From positions 9,071-73,070 of the forward strand of contig PBZE01000019.1 of NCBI GenBank assembly GCA_002730095.1: 64,000 nt of DNA, in the 5' to 3' direction. Under the pieces are notes generated by a model. It did no database searches. It saw only the letters and a program-made list of their open reading frames with translations, and was not told the origin of the DNA. The stretch comes from Methanobacteriota archaeon. Lineage in GTDB: Archaea; Thermoplasmatota; Poseidoniia; Poseidoniales; Thalassarchaeaceae. Both the position numbers and the translations under genes were made by a program. Below, piece by piece: positions 40,104-49,082 of this stretch (position 1 is the stretch's first letter; each line of letters opens with the position of its first letter).

Positions 40104-40928
40104 ATGGCCAACTGGGACAGAGAACATCTGAGTTCGCTTGGCATCAATGTCAAGCTTCCTTTGAAGAAAGGATTTGGAAGAACTCAGAGGATAGACAATT
40201 GGTGGACTGAACCTGTATGGATGGCATCGGCATTGACCCTAGCTTTGGTATACACTGCACTGAGAGTACTGGTTTGGGATGGTGGCATTCATTATGATGA
40301 CCACAGAGTAACTTCGCCGATTTTTTCTCCTGATGTTCTTCACATGTTGCACATAAGTAATCATCCCGGTTGGATGAACTCTGCAATGTTAATCCTCTGG
40401 ATACCCTTTGGTTTCCGAGGCACCTGCTACTACATGAGAAGGGTTTACCATAGGACTTTCTTCCAAAATCCTACAGGTTGTATGATAGCAAAGCCTGAGT
40501 TGAATTACTCAGTTGGTTACAAGGGCGAAAAGGGGCTCTTCATACTGAATAATATCCACAGGTACATGCTTTACCTAGCCATAATTATCCTAACTGTAAA
40601 ATTCTATGATGTAGTACTAACAACAAATCTTGGAGATGGCTCGAGAGGGATATCTGTCGGCACCTTAGTACTTGGTATCGAGTCGTTCTTACTGTTCATG
40701 TACGTATCTTCTTGCCACGCATTCAGGCACATTTTTGGAGGAGGCATGGATAGATGGAGAGGGGGGCTCTCAGGAGTATTCGGATCGATTTACAGGGCTA
40801 TTAGTAAAGTCAACGTGCATCACTCATTCTGGTTCTGGACTAGCTTAGCTATGGTTTTCTTGGGAGACCTATTCGTGTGGGCCGTATCCGAGAATATCAT
40901 CGGGGATCGTATACTTCTGGAGTGGTAA
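40104..40928 (+). CDS. Succinate dehydrogenase membrane anchor, Sdh1/Rv0249c type
   Basis: About 5 TM helices; FRGTCYY.R..Y.R.FF, NIHRY, SCHAFRH and H..WFW; directly upstream of sdhAB. Confidence 0.82.
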   Translation: MANWDREHLSSLGINVKLPLKKGFGRTQRIDNWWTEPVWMASALTLALVYTALRVLVWDGGIHYDDHRVTSPIFSPDVLHMLHISNHPGWMNSAMLILWIPFGFRGTCYYMRRVYHRTFFQNPTGCMIAKPELNYSVGYKGEKGLFILNNIHRYMLYLAIIILTVKFYDVVLTTNLGDGSRGISVGTLVLGIESFLLFMYVSSCHAFRHIFGGGMDRWRGGLSGVFGSIYRAISKVNVHHSFWFWTSLAMVFLGDLFVWAVSENIIGDRILLEW

Positions 40929-40929
40929 T

Positions 40930-42765
40930 ATGAGGGAAGATTACTCAGTTCACGAGTATGATGTCTTGGTTATCGGTGCTGGTGGAGCTGGCCTGAGAGC
41001 AGCCATAGAGGCAAGTTCTTCGGGCTCTACTGTAGCAATAATATCAAAGTCAATGCTTGGAAAGGCTCACACGGTAATGGCCGAAGGTGGAGCAGCTGCA
41101 GCTCTGGCGAATAAGGATGAGCGTGACTCTTGGGAGACTCACTTCCGTGATACCATGAAGGGGGGGAAATACCTTAATGATTGGCGAATGGCAAGGATTC
41201 ACGCTCAGCAAGCCCCAGATAGAATCAGAGAGTTAGAACAATGGGGCGCAGTATTCGACAGAACTCCCAGGGGGCTAACGAGTCAGAGAAACTTTGGGGG
41301 CCATACATACCCGAGATTAGCTCACATTGGTGATGCAACCGGTTTAGAGCTTATTAGGACCCTACAACAGAAGGGGATTCACACTGGTATGGATGTTTTC
41401 ATGGAGTTCACAGTCAGGAAGCTCTTCAAGAAGGATGGTCGGGTTATTGGCTGCTTCTCGTATAGCAGAAATGATGGTTCTTTCCACGTCTTCAAGGCCA
41501 AATCAATCGTTCTCGCAACGGGAGGGGCCACTAGATGTTGGGAAGTATGTTCTGGATCATGGGAGTATACTGGAGAAGGTTTCGCTCTCGCCTACTGGGC
41601 TGGGGCTGAAATGGGAGATATGGAATTTATTCAGTTCCACCCAACTGGAATGATTTGGCCCAAATCTGTCAAGGGCATCCTTGTGACTGAGGGAGTCAGG
41701 GGAGAGGGAGGAATGCTAAGGAACTCGGAGGGTGATCGCTTCATGTTCCAATATGTTCCTGAGATGTACAAGGACGAGTTTGCTGACACGGAGAAGGAGG
41801 CTCTTGAATGGGTTGATGAAGTGGTTTCAGGAAAGCTGGCAACCAAAAGAAGACCTCCCGAGCTACTGACTAGAGACGTGGTAGCTAAGGCGATTAACAG
41901 TGAGAGGGATGCTGGGAGAGCTTCGGAGCATGGAGGGGCATATCTAGATATTTCTTGGAGAGACGAGGAGGAGGTCAAGAAGAAGCTCCCGGGAATGTAT
42001 CATCAATTCAAGGAGTTAGCAGCAGTAGACATCACCAAAGAGCCGATGGAAGTTGGCCCTACCGCCCACTATGTCATGGGAGGAGTCAAGGTTAACTATG
42101 AAACTCAAGAGACCTGCATCAAGGGACTATTCGCTGCTGGAGAAGCTGCAACGGGGCTTCATGGAGCAAATCGTCTAGGGGGCAACTCTCTTTCTGATCT
42201 GATTGTTTTTGGAAAGATTGCCGGAGAGCATGCGGCAAAATTGTCTAAGGAAACCCATTCCTTTGAAGAAATATCAGAGGTTGAAATAGAGGAGGTAATC
42301 AAGGAAACTCTGGCGCCATTGCAGAGGAATGAGGGAGAGAATCCAGCTTCAGTGGTTTCCGACCTCAGAAAGATGATGCAGAATAAAGTAGGCATAATCC
42401 GGACAAAATCTCAATTGGAAGATGCTTTGGAAGATCTAAATGAGCTAGAGGGGCGAGCAGGAAGTGTATTCGGCGGAAGCGGTAAATCATACAATCCAGG
42501 ATGGCATCAATCACTCGAGATCAAGGCTATGATTGACGTAAGTAGGATGTGCACTCTAGCGGCATTGAGGAGAGAAGAAAGTAGAGGAGGCCATACTAGA
42601 GATGACTTTCCTCTTCCCGATCATACGCATTGGGGCAAGATTAACAGTGTGATTTGGATGAATGACTCAACGGGAGAGATGGAGATCAGGTTCGAGTCAT
42701 ACCCGCCTATTCCTAGCGATTTGAGGAATTTGCTTGATTCTGAGGATTTACATGAGGAGGAGTGA
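40930..42765 (+). CDS. sdhA: Succinate dehydrogenase/fumarate reductase flavoprotein
   Basis: GAGGAG, AHTVMAEGG, QFHPTG, TEGVRGEGG, HYVMGG, HGANRLGGNSL and ESRGGH. Confidence 0.96.
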   Translation: MREDYSVHEYDVLVIGAGGAGLRAAIEASSSGSTVAIISKSMLGKAHTVMAEGGAAAALANKDERDSWETHFRDTMKGGKYLNDWRMARIHAQQAPDRIRELEQWGAVFDRTPRGLTSQRNFGGHTYPRLAHIGDATGLELIRTLQQKGIHTGMDVFMEFTVRKLFKKDGRVIGCFSYSRNDGSFHVFKAKSIVLATGGATRCWEVCSGSWEYTGEGFALAYWAGAEMGDMEFIQFHPTGMIWPKSVKGILVTEGVRGEGGMLRNSEGDRFMFQYVPEMYKDEFADTEKEALEWVDEVVSGKLATKRRPPELLTRDVVAKAINSERDAGRASEHGGAYLDISWRDEEEVKKKLPGMYHQFKELAAVDITKEPMEVGPTAHYVMGGVKVNYETQETCIKGLFAAGEAATGLHGANRLGGNSLSDLIVFGKIAGEHAAKLSKETHSFEEISEVEIEEVIKETLAPLQRNEGENPASVVSDLRKMMQNKVGIIRTKSQLEDALEDLNELEGRAGSVFGGSGKSYNPGWHQSLEIKAMIDVSRMCTLAALRREESRGGHTRDDFPLPDHTHWGKINSVIWMNDSTGEMEIRFESYPPIPSDLRNLLDSEDLHEEE

Positions 42766-43529
42766 TTTTGCAGAGAGTTACGTTCAGTGTTTTTCGGGGA
42801 GAGCCAGACCAAGATGGCGATCCATTCGGAAAAATGATCGATTACACCATAGACCTTGATGAGGGAATGGTTGTATTAGACGCCATCCATACCATTCAGG
42901 CGGAGTTTGCACCGGACTTGGCCTGCAGATGGAACTGCAAGGCAGGAAAGTGTGGATCTTGCAGTGCTGAAGTGAATGGAAAGTCAAGATTGATGTGTAT
43001 GACAAGAATGGATGACATCCTAGAAGAGACCCCTGAGGGAGATCCTGTGGTCATCAGGCCAATGCAGACATTCCCTCTAGTAAGGGATCTTGTTAGTGAT
43101 ACGTCTTGGGCCTATGAGACTGATAGGAGGATAGAGCCAATTAGTGGCCCGGGAGAGGTTGATTGGGAATACTACCAGCATGAGGCCGATAGGATACAGG
43201 AGTTTAGATCGTGCATAGAGTGCATGCTATGTGTGAATACATGTCACGTAATGAGGGAGCATCAGAAGTTCGATGAGTTTGCTGGGCCTAGATTTTTTGT
43301 GAGGCTAGCAAGCCTTGAGATGCATCCATTGGACAAAAAAAGTAGGATTCCAGAAATTAAGGAGGATTTCGGTATTGACTATTGCAACATTACCGGATGT
43401 TGTAGCAGTGTTTGCCCAGCGGGAATTGACATTAGAGAGAACGCAATAATCCCGTTAAAGGAAAGAGTTGTTACTGAATTCTATGATCCTATCGCTATGA
43501 TAGGGAAGAAACTTGGACTGAGGCGCTAG
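42762..43529 (+). CDS. sdhB: Succinate dehydrogenase iron-sulfur subunit
   Basis: NCKAGKCGSC, CIECMLCxxxC and CNITGCCxxVCP. Confidence 0.95.
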   Translation: MILQRVTFSVFRGEPDQDGDPFGKMIDYTIDLDEGMVVLDAIHTIQAEFAPDLACRWNCKAGKCGSCSAEVNGKSRLMCMTRMDDILEETPEGDPVVIRPMQTFPLVRDLVSDTSWAYETDRRIEPISGPGEVDWEYYQHEADRIQEFRSCIECMLCVNTCHVMREHQKFDEFAGPRFFVRLASLEMHPLDKKSRIPEIKEDFGIDYCNITGCCSSVCPAGIDIRENAIIPLKERVVTEFYDPIAMIGKKLGLRR

Positions 43530-43579
43530 AGGGACTCTAGGCTTCGTGGCGTAATTTGTTACGTTAGTGTTTTTCCGAA

Positions 43580-43843
43580 CTATAGACGCTTGATACCGGT
43601 CTTCTTGACGTTTGCCTTCCAGATTTTTTCTGGAAGATAAGCCGGACCGCCTGCGCCTTTGGACTCTAGAGTTCTCCAACCTTCGAAGCAGTGCACCCTG
43701 TTGGTGCCGCGCTCCCTCAAGTCAATGCTCGTGTGCCCTCTGCGGGCTGCTTTCAGAGCAGCCCCCCTGGGCTGACTGTTCACAAAGACCTGACTGGTGT
43801 CCTCTCCATTCTCCATTAGTACGAAGTACTTCTTTCCTGACAT
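43580..43843 (-). CDS. Non-histone chromosomal protein, MC1 family
   Basis: YFVL...QPRGAALKAARRG...LRERGT..VH.FEGW...P..IWKANVKK; GGAGGT SD upstream. Confidence 0.92.
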   Translation of the reverse strand: MSGKKYFVLMENGEDTSQVFVNSQPRGAALKAARRGHTSIDLRERGTNRVHCFEGWRTLESKGAGGPAYLPEKIWKANVKKTGIKRL

Positions 43844-43946
43844 TTCAGCATACCTCCGCTCTGATGCTGATTTAACGGGATATGAAGTTATTGGGTAAAA
43901 AAAGACTCACTGAGCCTCATTTGGGGGTTTTTATGTTTATTCGAGC

Positions 43947-44180
43947 TCACATTTCAGCACAAGCGAGAGTCTTGGTATTCGCGACTCCCGGTATCGCGCG
44001 GATGGATTCTACCACATGACGAGCTATCTCCCCCATGCTACTTGCCTCAATTTTTACAATTAGATCATAGTCCCCGAAAAGGATGTTTGCATCAGTGACA
44101 CAGTCCAAATTCAAAGCTTCTTTGTAGACGTCTGATTCGCTCCCCGGTTCGACATTGACCAACACATACCCAGATGACAT
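43947..44180 (-). CDS. Stand-alone Lrp/AsnC ligand-binding (RAM) domain protein
   Basis: GYVLVNVEPG...LFGDYDLIVKIE...IRAIPGVxxTKTL; no HTH. Confidence 0.88.
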   Translation of the reverse strand: MSSGYVLVNVEPGSESDVYKEALNLDCVTDANILFGDYDLIVKIEASSMGEIARHVVESIRAIPGVANTKTLACAEM

Positions 44181-44276
44181 GGAAGGATCGTAGAGGGTCT
44201 TGACGGATGAATGCATCGATTGTGGGATCATTGATTTGTCGATGGTTACTTATCATATGACCCTCCTTGTCATGTT

Positions 44277-44918
44277 ATGGCGGAGACAATAATTGTGAGA
44301 GAGTGCCGTCATGGTCAGGTCAGAGTGCAGTTTGGTAATATCATCAGAGTAGAAGGGGACATCATGGTCATCCCAGCCAATAACAGACTCGCAGGCAGAG
44401 AAGGTCTTGATGAGAGAATGCAATTGGCTGCTGGAGATGAATTGAGGGCTAGATGTACTGAGATTGCTGTAGAGAGGAGGAAAGAAGGGAAGCAGCCATG
44501 TGGAGTCGGAGAAGCAGTCACTACCCCCGGTTACAATCTACCTGCAGAAAATTTGGTTCATGTTGTAGGACCTGATTGCAGAAGGCCCAATCAGGATAAC
44601 TTCAGAAGGGAGCTTCTAGTTAATTCTTACAATGCTATGTTTGAAGAAATTGCAAAGATTAAACCTAGGGAAACACTGGTGACTCCTCCTCTGGGAATGG
44701 ATGTTTTTGCTTATCCCCATAGAGAGGGCGCACGAATGACTATGGAAATCATTCTCGACTGGATGGATAGAGAAGAGGACCCCGGTGTGAAGATGGTACT
44801 AATTGTCACAGATGAGGTAAATTTCCTGAATAACATGAAAACTGTGTACAGAGAAAGTGAAGATCAGTTTCCTGGTGTGGATAGGACTAGGGATTTCAGA
44901 AAAGGCAAGATTCAGTAA
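44277..44918 (+). CDS. Macro domain protein (ADP-ribose-binding fold), divergent
   Basis: GNI...DIMVIPANNRL, AAG, GEAVTTPGYNLPA..LVHVVGP and VFAYP. Confidence 0.85.
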   Translation: MAETIIVRECRHGQVRVQFGNIIRVEGDIMVIPANNRLAGREGLDERMQLAAGDELRARCTEIAVERRKEGKQPCGVGEAVTTPGYNLPAENLVHVVGPDCRRPNQDNFRRELLVNSYNAMFEEIAKIKPRETLVTPPLGMDVFAYPHREGARMTMEIILDWMDREEDPGVKMVLIVTDEVNFLNNMKTVYRESEDQFPGVDRTRDFRKGKIQ

Positions 44919-44962
44919 TGAATGACCAATGTTCTCATTAACCCTGACAATACGATAGTGAC

Positions 44963-45559
44963 ATGGGCAGTATAGGCAGCCAATATGAAAGGGAGCTCCG
45001 ATCTGTTCTAGCAGGTGAAATAAAGGGAATTAGAGCTGTTACAAGATCGTGCTCTGAAACGGAGAGATCTCTTGCAATGAGGGTTACGAATAGGCCATTT
45101 CTCGTAGTGAGAGCACCTGGGAGCGGTTCTGAGGGCACTGGTGATTTGCTGGCTTTGAGAGGGGACATATGCTTTCCAATTGAAGTCAAATCATCAAAAA
45201 AACCTCGTCTGTATCTATCTGGGAGAACGTATGATCAGTTCAAATCGCTTAAGGAGACTGGTGAGAGATGTGGCTTACTTCCACTCTACGCGTACAGACT
45301 GAAGGGCGTACGTGGCGATAGTTGGAGAATAATGAAGGTGGAGGTGTCGGGACTCAGTGGAAAGCTGCGTCATATCTCAAGGAGTATACCCTCTCTACCA
45401 CTGACTAGAAATGGTAAAGAATTCCTGGACTGGGATCAAGGAATGCCATTGCACAGATTCCTCGCGCTAATTTGTAAATCAGATAGCTTAGGCGGAGCTG
45501 CGGAGAGCATTCAGAGTGAAATAATCAAGTCTAATTTTGGATCTAAAATTTCAAATTAG
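44963..45559 (+). CDS. hjc: Archaeal Holliday junction resolvase Hjc-like nuclease
   Basis: G..YEREL, VVRAPGSG, GDLLA and IEVKSS (PD-(D/E)XK motif). Confidence 0.85.
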   Translation: MGSIGSQYERELRSVLAGEIKGIRAVTRSCSETERSLAMRVTNRPFLVVRAPGSGSEGTGDLLALRGDICFPIEVKSSKKPRLYLSGRTYDQFKSLKETGERCGLLPLYAYRLKGVRGDSWRIMKVEVSGLSGKLRHISRSIPSLPLTRNGKEFLDWDQGMPLHRFLALICKSDSLGGAAESIQSEIIKSNFGSKISN

Positions 45560-45747
45560 CTTCCTTTCAGTTCTGTTTCCAAGTCTGAAATAAATTGATT
45601 TAATATCCCTAATTCTGAGCTAAGTTTGCTGAAATTTGCCTGAGATAGAATCCTGATTATACTATCCCTCTCCCTTCTCAGTGAGTCGATGTCTCTAGTA
45701 CGCTTCCTTGAGGAAGGGGTGGATGCCGGGATATCCGTCATGGACAT
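45556..45747 (-). CDS. Small hypothetical coiled-coil protein
   Basis: 63-aa ORF filling the gap between hjc and the S2P gene; heptad-like helices. Confidence 0.45.
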   Translation of the reverse strand: MSMTDIPASTPSSRKRTRDIDSLRRERDSIIRILSQANFSKLSSELGILNQFISDLETELKGS

Positions 45748-45818
45748 ACGTAGGGGGGCACAGTAATCTGTGTTATTGTGGGACGCAGGTTGAATAAGAG
45801 GGCTGTGTTGTCAGGTTC

Positions 45819-47342
45819 ATGCGAGCAGATGGAGAGGTCTCCAAAGTCAGTGAGATCCCCGTCTTCTGGATTTTAATCCTAGCATTCGGAATATACTCCA
45901 ACATACTTCCTGCTGGATTGATTATTGGACTTGGGATATGGTATGCTCTGCTAGTATATCTTGAGAATTCTGGTTTTCTAAAAAAATGGAGCTTGGAAAG
46001 GGTTGCTGGCATCGTTCTTATGATTAGGACAACGAGAGGCAGGGTTTTCCTAGAATACATATCAAAGAATAGAAAATTTTGGAGAATGTTCGGGGAGTTT
46101 TCTATTTGGCTGTGCTTCTTCGTTATGTTCTCAGTCGTAATTTTGATGGTTCTTGCATTTGTTACATCAATTAATTCCCCTCCTCAAGGATCCTTGCCTG
46201 CAACAGATATTCTTTTCATCCCCGGAGTCACAAGCTTCGTTCCTTTCTGGTGGCCTGCTCTGGCACTCATCTTCACTCTACTAATTCATGAGTATAGCCA
46301 TGGAATACAAGCTAGGGCACATGGAATGGAGGTGAGAAGCTTTGGTTTACTGGTTGCGGGCCCTATCCCAGTCGGTGCATTCGCTGAACCTGAGCAGATG
46401 GATATGATATTGGCACCAAGGAGAGAGAGGATTCGGCTTTTCGCAGCCGGGCCTTCGATAAATCTGGTAGCTACGTTTCTTTTCTTGATCGTGATCGGGT
46501 TCGTGTCTAGTGGTTTCGTAGCCACTAATCCAGGCATTCATGCACTAGCTGTCATAGAAGATGGAGGTGCGGATGAAGCTGGAATCAAGGCTTACGACAT
46601 TATCACTCATGTTGATGGTAACGAAGTTACAGACTATGAGTCATTTTCAGTGCAGATGGACTCGCTGAAAGCTGGTGATGAGGTTGTTTTCACTGTAATC
46701 CCCTACAATGACGAAGGACGGACTTGGGAGGAAAGTTCGGAAATACTTGTTACTCTCGGCGATAAGGCTCAGTATTACCTGAACTTGTGTAATGGCGATC
46801 AAGACTGTCTTGATGAGACTTCTGAGTTACTAGAAAGTTATGGAATCGGCGAAGGTGATGCTTTCTTGGGGGTCAATGCCCCCAGATCTGGGACGTATCA
46901 AACAGATAGGTTTTCCTTCATCTTTGAAGAAAGATACACGACAGGGCAGAAGGCTCTGACACTCTTGCTCACTCCATTGTCCATGATGGGGACTCCCATG
47001 TCATATGATGGGCAGACTATGGATCTACACGAGAGAGGCATGATAGAGGTTGATGATGAGTTTGTCCTATCCGGACTTGGTACTGAAGGACTATTGGATC
47101 TTTTCGACTTCATTTTCTGGCTAATATGGGTTAACTTTCTTCTCGGGTTCCTGAATCTCCTACCAATCATCCCCTTCGATGGTGGGCACATGCTAAAGGA
47201 TGGTGCTCACTCTATTCTTTCTAGGATTATGAAAGGGAGTAATCCCCTCAGAGTTGAGAGGTTGGCTGGCTCAATAGGTGGAGTGACCACTGTAGTAATG
47301 TTGATCATCGTTCTAATCCCAATAATGATGCTAATTGTATGA
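45819..47342 (+). CDS. Site-2 protease (M50) with PDZ domain
   Basis: HEYSH, GAFAEP, AAGP, PDZ segment (GADEAGIKAYDII) and NLLPIIPFDGG. Confidence 0.93.
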   Translation: MRADGEVSKVSEIPVFWILILAFGIYSNILPAGLIIGLGIWYALLVYLENSGFLKKWSLERVAGIVLMIRTTRGRVFLEYISKNRKFWRMFGEFSIWLCFFVMFSVVILMVLAFVTSINSPPQGSLPATDILFIPGVTSFVPFWWPALALIFTLLIHEYSHGIQARAHGMEVRSFGLLVAGPIPVGAFAEPEQMDMILAPRRERIRLFAAGPSINLVATFLFLIVIGFVSSGFVATNPGIHALAVIEDGGADEAGIKAYDIITHVDGNEVTDYESFSVQMDSLKAGDEVVFTVIPYNDEGRTWEESSEILVTLGDKAQYYLNLCNGDQDCLDETSELLESYGIGEGDAFLGVNAPRSGTYQTDRFSFIFEERYTTGQKALTLLLTPLSMMGTPMSYDGQTMDLHERGMIEVDDEFVLSGLGTEGLLDLFDFIFWLIWVNFLLGFLNLLPIIPFDGGHMLKDGAHSILSRIMKGSNPLRVERLAGSIGGVTTVVMLIIVLIPIMMLIV

Positions 47343-48152
47343 TTATTCTTCCTCATCATTTCTGGGATAAATGGCATCTACCACACTTGGGATTACCAAA
47401 ATAGAGGCGATAACCAGACCCAACATGGTCCAAGTCTTACTCGTAACATAATCTGCCGAAGGAGGAGGGGAGAAGAATAGCTTGGCAGCCCCAATCCAAG
47501 GGATCTCTGATGATGCGATGCCGATAATCCATTCGTCTTTGACTGCGGTAACTGGGTTATTATTTTCATCTAGGAGGCCATTTCTTCCATCTTGTCCAGT
47601 AGCTGAAAGTTGGTCTATTCTGCATCCATTGGTATCGGGATTATCTCCTGTGGTGAGGTATCCTTCGTGTGAAGGTACCCAGTCATCTATCTTCAAATCG
47701 TATACTGATCCATGATACGATACGCAGCTGTATCCTAGGGTCCAGTTGACGCTACTTACGCCCCTTAGCGTGGTTCCTGGAACATCCCAACCTCCTGATT
47801 CATTCAGAACTGCCTTCAAGAGTGCTCGATGGATTACAGGGGTGTCTGATCCTCCGTTCTTACTGAATACAATAACATCCCCATACATTCCATGGGACTC
47901 GTATCCAAAATTTTCATCACTAGGGTCCGTAGCTTCAACATAGGTCACAACGTCCTTTCTTTCCGGGTTAACTACAAGGATCAAATCGCCCGGATCTATG
48001 ACGCCGATCTTTCCATCGTCATCATGCATCATGGACCCAGACTCCACTACCACCATGGGAGGGAAGGTTCCAGTTGATAGGTACATGGCTCCAAGAAGAA
48101 GTGAGACCAGCCCTCCTGCGAGGAATACCTCTCTGAATACCGTATTATTCAT
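47343..48152 (-). CDS. Signal peptidase I (S26, Sec11/archaeal type)
   Basis: VVVESGSM, GDL, PVIHRA and TTGDN. Confidence 0.9.
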   Translation of the reverse strand: MNNTVFREVFLAGGLVSLLLGAMYLSTGTFPPMVVVESGSMMHDDDGKIGVIDPGDLILVVNPERKDVVTYVEATDPSDENFGYESHGMYGDVIVFSKNGGSDTPVIHRALLKAVLNESGGWDVPGTTLRGVSSVNWTLGYSCVSYHGSVYDLKIDDWVPSHEGYLTTGDNPDTNGCRIDQLSATGQDGRNGLLDENNNPVTAVKDEWIIGIASSEIPWIGAAKLFFSPPPSADYVTSKTWTMLGLVIASILVIPSVVDAIYPRNDEEE

Positions 48153-48153
48153 C

Positions 48154-48972
48154 TCACTCCTCCTCTTGGTATTTGACGAGGGGCTTTGTAAAGTCCAAGA
48201 TTATAGAAAAGAAGGCAATTAGTAATAGACTCACAGAATCCAAATGTGGTGGACTAAAGGTGATTCTCTCCATTGAGAGAATGTATGCTGAAAGATCAAT
48301 TGTATCGTTATTTATGCCCCCTAGCCCGATAGATATGCCAAAAATCGTGTTTAGAGACAATAGAAGAATTGCTGATGCCGAGAGAACTATGATCGTCCTA
48401 TTCACCTTCTTCAACTTGAGTGAGTGTAAACCAGGTAGCCAATAAGATAGTCGAGAGTCCTCGGTTTGCCACCACTCATATTCGATTTTCTCTTTTTCAA
48501 GAGAGATTCTTTTACTAAGGAAATTCTTTGGGGGGGACGGCTCAACCTTGAATCTCTTCCCTCCTCTAATCTGAAAATTAGCATAAAGGCCCATAAGTCT
48601 AGATTGGTATTTGGGGCCTAGCATAGCTGCTGCATCTTCTGCCTCTTTCCTCCTTCTTAGGACCTCAGTTCTTGCATCTAAAGCGAGGATTTCTTCTAAG
48701 GCCCCTCTTTGGGACCAATAATATCCAAACTCGGGAAGCGTGTAGAATGAAATCAGTGAGCCCCCCACCAAGCAAAGCCAACTGAATGGGACCATACGAT
48801 CTTGGTGAGATGGATCTGAAGCCCCTCCAAGAATGAATAGGAAAATGAACCCCCATAACATTGATGCGCATGAGAGAATGGTGACATATGTTACAATCTG
48901 GAAATGACTGTCTTTCTTGGATTCCCACCATCTAGTGAAAACACCCTTCCTAGTTGCCCTTCCGCGAGCCAT
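48154..48972 (-). CDS. Membrane protein (DUF3198-like N-terminal half)
   Basis: Four TM segments; weak recalled similarity (LEEIL..D...E......E.....LG.KY); co-oriented with the signal peptidase. Confidence 0.55.
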   Translation of the reverse strand: MARGRATRKGVFTRWWESKKDSHFQIVTYVTILSCASMLWGFIFLFILGGASDPSHQDRMVPFSWLCLVGGSLISFYTLPEFGYYWSQRGALEEILALDARTEVLRRRKEAEDAAAMLGPKYQSRLMGLYANFQIRGGKRFKVEPSPPKNFLSKRISLEKEKIEYEWWQTEDSRLSYWLPGLHSLKLKKVNRTIIVLSASAILLLSLNTIFGISIGLGGINNDTIDLSAYILSMERITFSPPHLDSVSLLLIAFFSIILDFTKPLVKYQEEE

Positions 48973-49005
48973 AGCAATCACTGGACACAGCACATATGAT
49001 TAGTC

Positions 49006-49038
49006 ACTTCCTATTTTATGATTGGAAAAATAGGAGGT
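49006..49038. repeat. 12-bp inverted repeat in a divergent intergenic region
   Basis: ACTTCCTATTTT-N9-AAAATAGGAGGT (11 of 12 match, the mismatch is a G-U pair), followed by TTT. Confidence 0.6.
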
Positions 49039-49082
49039 TTTCATCCGATTGGTTCATGAGAAGGCTGCGTTATGGATGTTTG

